From positions 16,406,782 to 16,470,781 of the forward strand of contig NC_085842.1 of the NCBI RefSeq assembly GCF_035594765.1: a DNA stretch of 64,000 bases, given 5' to 3'. Each line of letters begins with the position of its first letter. The stretch's first letter is position 1. Both the position numbers and the translations under genes were made by a program. The notes beneath the pieces were generated by a model. It did not search any database. It saw only the letters and a program-made list of their open reading frames with translations, and was not told where the DNA came from. This stretch comes from Anolis carolinensis. Lineage: Eukaryota. Positions 10,501 through 18,601 of this stretch are shown here, one piece after another.

Positions 10501-13500
10501 AACCATCTAGATGGGCTTTGAGGTGTCTTATCTATGGGCTTCTGATGGCCTTATGAGATCATCTAGATGGTCTTTGAGGGTCCCTTTCCTTACTGATGGT
10601 CTTATGAGACCATCTAGATGGTCTTTGGAGGTCCCTTTGCTTACCTATGGTCTTGAGATCATCTAGATCAGGGGTCCCCAAACTAAGGCCCTCCAAGGTC
10701 ATTTACCTGGCCCCTGTCCTAAACTTTAGACTTAGGGTTAACCTAAGTATGAAATGGCTTGAAGGCACACAACAACAATCCTAATTTTGGACTATTTCAT
10801 AGTCCGGCTCCCCAACAGCCTGAGGGACTGTAAATCGGCCCTCCACTTAAAAAGTTTGAGGACCCCTGGCCTAGCAGATGGTCTCTATTCTCCATTTTCG
10901 GGAAAAAAAAGCCCAATGTATCTTGGTCTCTCACAAGATTCCACTTGTGAGAGCTGTTCAGCAGTGGAACTCTCTGCCCCGGAGCGTGGTGGAGGTTCCT
11001 TCTTTGGAGGCTTTGAAGCAGAGGCCGAATGGCCATTTGTCGGTGGTGCTTTGAATGTGATTTTCCTGCTTCTTGGCAGGGGGTTGGACTGGATGGCCCA
11101 TGAGGTCTCTTCCAACTCTATGATTCTATGCTTCTAAGTCTTCACCAGCAAGTGAAAGTGCAAAGGAGGATCTTTTCTTTCCTTGCTCCCTCTGAGTAGC
11201 CAAGTCTAGTTCTTCCCATTGAATTGTCCAGAATGCAGAAAAGGTCACAGCGTTCCAGAAGGAAAGATAAAGGGAGCAACGAGAGGGAACCACTGCCAGA
11301 ATTTGCTCAGTCTTTGCTGCAAAAAGAGGCTAAACACTAACAGCTATGGTTGCATTGTGGTAGGTCAGCAATAGAGAACAAGGGTTGCACTGGCCCCACA
11401 GGTCCTTGGGCTCACGCTCTAAAATCAGATTGCATGAAATGTATGCCCCAGCTTCACAGAATGTGTTTGAGAACTAACAACAAAGTCACAGTCCCCATGG
11501 GCCCAGCATGACAAGTTTCAGAACATATCCCTGAATGCCATCTATTGAGTGGATAATGGTACAGGCACATTCAGACTGAGTATCCCTTATTCAACATGCT
11601 TATCATCCCCCCAGGAAATTTTTAAATACCTCTATTTGCATATACAGTAGAGTCTCACTTATCCAACATAAACGGGCCAGCAGAATGTTGGATAAGCGAA
11701 TATGTTGGATAATTAGGAGGCATTAAGGAAGAGCCTATTAAACATCAAATTAGATTATGATTTTACAAATTAAGCACCAAAACATCATGTTATACAACAA
11801 AATTGACAGAAAATTACCTTCAGGCTATGTGTGTAAGATGTATATGAAGCATAAATTAATCTCATGTTAATACTTGGGTCCCTTCTCCAAAGATATCTCA
11901 TTATGTATATACAGTAGAGTCTCACTTATCCAAGCTCCACTTATCCAAGCTTCTGGATTATCCAAGCCATTTTTGTAGTCAATGTTTTCAATATATCGTG
12001 ATATTTTGGTGCTAAATTCGTAAATACAGTAATTACAACATAACATTACTGCGTATTGAACTACCTTTTCTGTCAAATTTGTTGTATAACATGATGTTTT
12101 GGTGCTTAATTTGTAAAATCTTAATGTAATTTGATGTTTAATAGGCTTTTCCTTAATCCCTCCTTATTATTCAAGATATTCGTTTATTCAAGGTTCTGTC
12201 AGCCCGTTTAGCTTGGATAAGTGAGACTCCACTGTATCTCTTTGACTGCAGCTAAGTTGCTTCTTTTTTGTTTTTCAAGGTAATTGTCAAGAGAAGGAGA
12301 ATGAAGAAGAACCAAGGATGTCTTCATTGCAAAAAGCGGAATATCCATTGAAAGAAGAGAAGAAAACAGAAACTGAAATTCAGGAGACATGGAGGAACAC
12401 ATCTTCTGCTTCTCAGTTTGAAGACATCTGGGGAATCTCTTTCCAAGAACTATTAGACAAAGGAAATGGCAGGAATGAATGCATTTCTCCTTGTTATGGG
12501 AGGAGCCTTGATTTTATAGACAGCCTTCACTTTCCGATGGACATTCATGCCGAAAGAATTCACATGAGAAAACAAAAATGTGTATTTTTAGTGTGTGGAC
12601 AGAACTTTGGGTGGAGTTCACCGTTTATGTCATACCAACAACCCCACATGAGGGACGATCCATTTAAAAACGTGGAGTGGGGCCAAAGTTTCAGTCCAGG
12701 CGGGCATTTCTTCCACCCTCACAATGGGGAGAAACCCTTTCAGTGCTTGGAGTGCGGAAGAGGATTCAGCCGGAAGTCGAACCTGACTGCGCACCAGTTA
12801 GTTCACACAGACGGGAAACCGTTCCAGTGCCTGGAATGCGGGAAGAGCTTCCGGTGGAAGCAAAAGCTCACTCAGCATCAAGTCATTCACACGGGGGAGA
12901 AGCCCTTTCATTGCCTGGAGTGTGGGAAAAGCTTCAGCCGGAAATCAACGCTCATTTCACATCGCTTAATTCACACCGGGGAGAAACCCTTTCAGTGTCT
13001 CGAATGCGGAAAGCACTTCAGATGGAAGCAAAAGTTCACCCAGCATCAGCTAATCCACACTGGGGTGAAACCATTTCATTGCTTGGAGTGCGGAAAGGGT
13101 TTCAGTCGCAAGTCCAACCTGATTTCGCACCAGCTGCTTCACACCGGGGAGAAGCCCTTTAAATGCCTTCATTGCGGGACAGCATTTAGATGGAAGACGG
13201 AGCTCACGCAGCATCAGTTGACACACGGCGGGGAGAAGCTGTTCCAGTGCTTGGAGTGTGCCAAGAGTTTCAGCCGGAGGTCAAGCCTCGTTTCCCATCA
13301 GTTCATCCACACCGGAGAAAAGCCCTTTCCGTGCCTGGAGTGTGGGAAGAGCTTCAGATGGAAGCAAAAGCTCACCCAGCATCAGTTGACTCACACCGGG
13401 GAGAAACCATTTCGTTGCGAGTGTGGGAAGGGTTTCAATCGCAAGTCCAACCTCGTGTCGCACCAGCTCCTCCACACGGGAGAGAAACCGTTTCCGTGCA

Positions 13501-14006
13501 TGCAGTGTGGGAAGAGCTTCAGGTGGAAGACGGAGCTCGCTCAGCACCAAACAACTCACACCGGGGAGAAACCGTTCCGGTGCACAGAGTGCGGCAAAAG
13601 TTTCAGCCGGAAGTCGAGCCTCATCTCACACCAGTTGATTCACACCGGGGAGAAACCGTTTCAGTGCCTGGAGTGTGGGAAGAGCTTCAGATGGAAGCAA
13701 AAACTCACCCAGCATCAGTTGATTCACACCGGAGAGAAGCCCTATCAGTGCGTGGAGTGTGGAAGGGGCTTTACTCACAAAATAAGCCTCACTCGTCATC
13801 AAAGAACTCACGCGTTTCCATGCTGCCGGGAGTGTGGAAAGAGTGTTGCTCAAAAAATAAGCCTCACTTCTTATCAAGGAACTCACACAGCAGAGGATTC
13901 CTTACTGTGTGTGGATTGTACAGAAAGTTTGTGTCAGAAACCACACATTCATTCGGAAGAAAAGTTTTCCTTTGACATTCGGCAACTCACACAGCAGACA
14001 ATATAA
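7103..14006 (+). CDS. Gene A: SCAN-KRAB-C2H2 zinc finger protein (~807 aa); exons 7103-7537, 7680-7820, 9892-10012, 12280-14006
   Basis: All junctions are GT-AG with compatible phases (0,0,1). Total 2424 nt open. SCAN, KRAB-A and 13 fingers in the expected order. Exon 2 boundaries are the least certain. Confidence 0.85.
9094..9452 (+). mobile_element. Solo LTR (359 bp)
   Basis: TGTAGGGTT...AACCCTGACA inverted termini, internal AATAAA near 9299, and a 5-bp TSD GTAGC on both sides. Confidence 0.8.
9892..10012 (+). CDS. Gene A KRAB-A exon (121 nt)
   Basis: [41 protein letters not shown]; acceptor TTTTCCTAG|, donor G|GTGAGT. Confidence 0.9.
10098..10868 (+). mobile_element. hAT-type non-autonomous transposon with an internal ~51-bp minisatellite and a duplicated left end
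   Basis: TIRs CAGGGGTCCCCAAACT...AGTTTGAGGACCCCTG and 8-bp TSD (T/G)CCTAGCA. Second left end at 10669. Confidence 0.8.
10950..11135 (+). mobile_element. CR1 3' end fragment
   Basis: Matches the CR1 3' end (GGGTTGGACTGGATGGCCCATGAGGTCTCTTCCAACTCTATGATTCTATG). Other short CR1 fragments at 46586-46757 (-) and about 27930-28255 (-). Confidence 0.8.
11912..12234. mobile_element. 323-bp Tc1/mariner (Tigger/pogo-like) MITE family 1; other copies 14332-14654, 16430-16752, 35636-35950, 40269-40591, 40898-41220, 50104-50426, 62550-62872; partial copies at 11645, 40184, 50738
   Basis: TIR CAGTAGAGTCTCACTTATCCAA with TA duplication. The empty site for the 62550 copy is visible in the paralogue at about 48771 (CATATACCAA). 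Confidence 0.9.
12280..14006 (+). CDS. Gene A zinc-finger exon (13 C2H2 fingers, one with CxC spacing, plus degenerate C-terminal fingers)
   Basis: ORF 12318-14006 with repeated CxxCGKxF...HxxxHTGEKPF. In frame with acceptor TTTTTCAAG| at 12279. Confidence 0.95.
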
Positions 14007-14146
14007 AATGCGAATTGCTTGAGAGTCCAGCATGTCTAAACTCATTCATTTAGATCACATTTGTCAAGCGCAAGACCTGCGGACCCAAATGGACCTGCAG
14101 TGTCCTTTATATGCCTCTCCAGATGCTGGATTACAACTCCTGTGTT

Positions 14147-14984
14147 GTTTTGTCGAAGGCTTTCATGGCCAGGATCACAGGGTTGTTGTATGTTTTTCGG
14201 GCTGTATGGCCATATCCCAGAAGTATTCTCTCCTGACGTTTCGCCCACATCTATGGCAGGCATCCTCAGCATTTAGGTGATTAACTACAACATTCACACT
14301 GACCTCTCTCACCCTAGACTTTCCACAAATACAGTAGAGTCTCACTTATCCAACACTTGCTTATCCAACGTTCTGGATTATCCAACGCATTTTTGTAGTC
14401 AATGTTTTCTATATATCATGATATTTTGGTGCTAAATTCATAAATACAGTAATTACTACATAGCATTACTGCGTATTGAACTACCTTTTCTGTCAAATTT
14501 GTTGTATAACATGATGTTTTGGTGCTTCATTTGTAAAATCATAACCTAATTTGATGTTTAACAGGCTTTTCCTTAACCCCTCCTTATTATCCAACATATT
14601 TGCTTATCCAACATTCTGCCGGCCCGTTTATGTTGGATAAGTGAGACTCTACTGTATATATTTACCTCTTTGCTTAGTTTTCTCCATACCTCACAACCTC
14701 TGCGGATGCCTGCCATAGATGTGGGCGAAACGTCAGGAGAGAATACTTCTGGAACATGGCCATACAGCCCGAAAAACATACAACAATCCTGTGTTGTTGT
14801 ATGCTTTTTGGGCTGTATGGCCATGTTCCAGAAGTATTCTGACATTTCACCCACATCTACCTCTGCGCATGCCTGCCATAGATGTGGGCGAAACGTCAGG
14901 AGAGAATACTTCTGGAACATGGCCATACAGCCCGGAAAACACACAACAACCCTGTGATCTCGGCCATGAAAGCCTTCGACATAC
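14147..14984. mobile_element. Penelope-like inverted pLTR cluster; similar inverted pairs at 23033-23413, 27403-27628, 35526-36086, 47857-48531
   Basis: Reverse and forward copies of the same ~130-bp unit ending GGCCATGAAAGCCTTCGACAACA, each with a hammerhead-like CTGAGGA...GAAACGTC core. Confidence 0.75.
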
Positions 14985-15758
14985 AACTCCTGTGTTCCTC
15001 ATCATTAGACATCATGTCTAGAGCTGATGGGAGTTGGGATACAGTTACATCTGGAAGGCTGCAATTTGGACTGTGAGAGTGGGGACTGAGTTTAGATTCA
15101 AGGCTTATGAATATGATGCCGGGCTTCAAAATGTTCTTTAGCCTTTCCCCAACCTCAGAGACACAAGGGCTGTTTAGGTTGCAATTCCCATTATCCTCAA
15201 TCTGCATGGTGGATAATCAAAAGTGATGGGAGTTGTCGCTCAATAGCATGTGGGAACCCAAACTGGGTAAAAACTAAAGAGCCAAAACAATATTTGCCCA
15301 CAAACACAACGATATACAATGTCAATGGTAAATCAATTGTTATATACAGTATAAATTCGTATTAAATATAATTTACAGTTACAACGGTGTTGCTCTGTAC
15401 ATCCGAATAATTTATAACTTGAACAATGCGAGTTCTATGTATAAACTTGCTGCTTGTAAAATCAATATGTTGAACCGACGGGCCCAGATACCAAAACCAG
15501 TTTTGACTCTTAAGTCTTCCTCAGGTGAATTTATCTGTGAATATTATATTAAATTAACAAGAGCGTGTACCTATATCCACATAATACAGTTATGAATCTA
15601 ATTCAAATACTCACAATTTTACATTCTCATGAAAAAAACACTTTACATCCCTTTCAACTGTTTGTATTCATGTATCCTTTTTCAATGGTGGGTTCTAAAC
15701 AAAAGGAACAAACAGTGGCTGATACCAATTGACAATATAAAGGTTAGAATTTAAGATT

Positions 15759-15759
<1 letters not shown>

Positions 15760-15838
<79 letters not shown>
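15760..15838. repeat. (TG)n(TA)n microsatellite; many (AAT)n/(ATT)n tracts elsewhere (e.g. 16029-16070, 26333-26380, 33988-34026, 43488-43543)
   Basis: Seen directly in the sequence. Confidence 0.95.
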
Positions 15839-15842
<4 letters not shown>

Positions 15843-16024
15843 CCACATACTGTGAAGATATTATTACCGCTATATTAACTCCTGTTTTATTGTCTTACTG
15901 TGTTTTATCTTTTGTATATTGTGCAATGTATTTATGCTGTTGTTTCTGTAAATTATGCTGGTCGGGCCTTACCCCATGTGAGCCACCCGAGTCCCCATGG
16001 AGAGATGGTGGTGGGGTATAAATA

Positions 16025-16070
<46 letters not shown>

Positions 16071-16806
16071 TATTAGTGTCTATAATTTCATGTCCACATA
16101 CAGTGTCTATAATTTCATGTGCTCCTGTGATACTCTGCTGAATATAGGTTTGTTCTTATTGCAAGTACAGGGTATTCTTTGGGATTACTCTAATATAATG
16201 ATTTATCATTGACATTGTATATCTTTGTGTTTGTGGGCAAATATTGCTTTGGATTCAGTCAGAAACCCATTTACTTAATAAAAACTAAAGAGCACCAACC
16301 ACTAATATATATATACACACACATATATAGTGTGTGTGTTTATATGTGTGTGTGTGTGTGTATAAAAAATGTAGTGGTTGGTGCTCTTTAGTTTTTATTG
16401 AGTAAATGGGTTCCTGACTGATATATATACAGTAGAGTCTCACTAATCCAAGCCTCGCTTATCCAAGCCTCTGGATAATCCAAGCCATTTTTGGAGTCAA
16501 TGTTTCCAATATATCATGATATTTTGGTGCTAAATTCATAAATACAGTAATTACAACATAACATTGCTGCGTATTGAACTACTTTTTCTGTCAAATTTGT
16601 TGTATAACATGAAGTTTTGGTGCTTAATTTGTAAAATCATAACCTAATTTGATGTTTAGTAGGCTTTTCCTTGATCAGTCCTTATAATCCAAGATATTCG
16701 CTTATCCAAGCTTCTGCCGGCCCGTTTAGCTTGGATTAGTGAGACTCTACTGTATATAGTTGGTCCTCTGTATCCACAGATTCTCTGTCCGTGAGTTCAG
16801 TGGCCA

Positions 16807-17134
16807 TGTCAGGGTGCAACAAAGAACAGCATCATCAAAGCTGGTCTTTTCGCAACCTGACTACAAGAGGACAGAGGAAGGAGACCATTTGGCAGGATAG
16901 GCTGATTTATGACAGGGTCTGGTCTTCAAACGTGGGAAAGGACCAAAGGAAAGGGAGGTGTGGATGGAGAAGGAGGAGGGGGGAGGCAACAACCCCATAT
17001 ACTGAGGGGAAAAGCGGAAGAGAGTCAGTAAAAGCTTTTGCAGTCATCTTGGCAAGGCGGATTCAATAAAGTTTTCCATTGCGACCAGCGGTGTGAGCCT
17101 ATTTCTTGGGTCCTACACCTTCCAGGAGCGGACA
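16807..17134 (+). repeat. 5' LTR
   Basis: Direct repeat of 22161-22488. TATA-like CATATAC at about 16996, Inr-like TCAGT at 17025-17029, AATAAA at 17065-17070. Confidence 0.97.
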
Positions 17135-17136
17135 TT

Positions 17137-17147
17137 AAGCTTTTACT
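17137..17147 (+). promoter_or_regulatory. Self-priming primer binding site (non-tRNA)
   Basis: AAGCTTTTACT, 2 nt after the LTR, is the exact reverse complement of AGTAAAAGCTT at 17027-17037 inside the LTR. Confidence 0.75.
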
Positions 17148-17197
17148 CCCTTTTTTTTCCGGCTCATCCCGTGAGGAAAGGTCTCTCCGGTGAGAGC

Positions 17198-18568
17198 ATG
17201 AACCCTGATGGAGGAGAAACCATGAAGGAATTCCTCTTCCTGGAAGAAGAACAGGCGAACCCTCGAGGTGCAGAGGAGTTGAGAGAGGAAAGGAACCCAT
17301 CGCCCGCATTGAGCGAAGGGGGGACAGACCCCTCGGACCCGTCGTGGAAGCCGCTGACCTCCACCCAGTTACCCGCAGGCAGGGGAGTGACGGTGAGACG
17401 GAAGATCCAGATGGGAGGCGATTGGCAGCGAGACGGAGAGGGAGCCCCGGAGATGAGAAGGATGGAGAGGAGATTAGATGCGATGGAGAAAATGTTTGAA
17501 ACTTTCTCTCGACAGATGGATCTGATGCAGCGGCAGGTAAACGAGTCCTGGAGGGCGACAGTCGAGCAACGGGAGCAGAGGAGAGGGCTGCCCGGGAGAG
17601 GGACTGAACCCCGTCCCTTTGCCGGGGAGGGTCCACAGGACTATGTGGATGAGATGCCTCAGCAGGGCACATCAGTTTTCCCCACGGGCCTGTCGGGAAG
17701 GAGCCAAATGCCTGGGAAGGGAGAATTTCGGGTGAAGTTCAACGGGGACCCCAAACAGCTGTCTTATTTCATTACAAACGTAAGACACTTCATGGAGGAT
17801 TTTGGGGACCAATTCCCTTCAGAAAGCGCAAAAATCCACATGGTGGGGGCAAACTTGAAAGAAGCAGCTGCAGACTGGCTAATGCAGATGTATGATACTG
17901 GTGCCCGGGAGCTAGCCTGTCTGGAGGATTTCCTAAGAGCCCTCCGTGAGAGATTCGAAGACCCTTTGGCAGAGGAGAGGGCGAAGGCCCAACTCAAAAG
18001 GATATACCAGGGAGGAAGGACAGTGTCAGAATATGCCCTGGAATTTAAAGCCACAGCGGGGAAGATCAGGGACTGGTCCGACACCACCAAACTGGAATAT
18101 TTCAGGGCTGGTTTACGCTCTGAGGTGCTCGAGTGGGCTTTACACAGAGGAAATCCAAGAGACTTGGAGGACTGGATTTTGCTAGCGGGGCGCGTGGAGG
18201 TGGACCAACAGCAAATCTCTCGTCGTCCAAGGGAGAGCAACAGAATCAAACCCCCGACAGCAGCAACACGGCGCTTCTCCCCTCGTCGCGGAAGGTCGAC
18301 CAGCAGGGAGAGGAGAGCAGGGAGGGGGGCCTGCTTCGCTTGCGGCCGCGAGGGACATCGAGCGGCAGAGTGTCCGAAAGGGACAGGCGTGGAGACAAAA
18401 GGAGAGAGGCTTCACAGCCAGAAGCCACCCCACCAGAGCTCCAAACTAGCAAAAGGGAAAGCTGCCATGGCAACGGAAACGGCTTTAGCCCCAGGGCAGC
18501 TTCAGGCAGAAGAGATGGAGGAAGCGGAGGACCTGGAGTTACCGGGAAACGACTGGGATCTGTTTTGA
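17198..18568 (+). CDS. gag: Gag (456 aa): capsid domain plus CCHC zinc knuckle
   Basis: First ATG after the LTR. FNGDPKQLSYFI...AAADW...QGGRTVSEYALEF retrotransposon-gag motifs and CFACGREGHRAAEC knuckle. Confidence 0.92.
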   Translation: MNPDGGETMKEFLFLEEEQANPRGAEELREERNPSPALSEGGTDPSDPSWKPLTSTQLPAGRGVTVRRKIQMGGDWQRDGEGAPEMRRMERRLDAMEKMFETFSRQMDLMQRQVNESWRATVEQREQRRGLPGRGTEPRPFAGEGPQDYVDEMPQQGTSVFPTGLSGRSQMPGKGEFRVKFNGDPKQLSYFITNVRHFMEDFGDQFPSESAKIHMVGANLKEAAADWLMQMYDTGARELACLEDFLRALRERFEDPLAEERAKAQLKRIYQGGRTVSEYALEFKATAGKIRDWSDTTKLEYFRAGLRSEVLEWALHRGNPRDLEDWILLAGRVEVDQQQISRRPRESNRIKPPTAATRRFSPRRGRSTSRERRAGRGACFACGREGHRAAECPKGTGVETKGERLHSQKPPHQSSKLAKGKAAMATETALAPGQLQAEEMEEAEDLELPGNDWDLF

Positions 18569-18601
18569 ACGCCCGGAAACAGATCGAACCACCAGAGGGC
18601 G
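18544..18601 (+). promoter_or_regulatory. -1 programmed ribosomal frameshift signal (G GGA AAC + H-type pseudoknot)
   Basis: Heptamer 18544-18550 in the gag frame, 6-nt spacer, stem 1 18557-18566/18576-18585, stem 2 CGCCC 18570-18574/GGGCG 18597-18601. pol is in the -1 frame. Confidence 0.85.

Noticed and set aside
17093-17197. Track start of gag at 17093 and of pol at 18133
   Set aside because: Both are non-ATG starts. 17093 lies in the LTR, so gag more likely starts at ATG 17198, and pol is reached by frameshift at 18544-18550.
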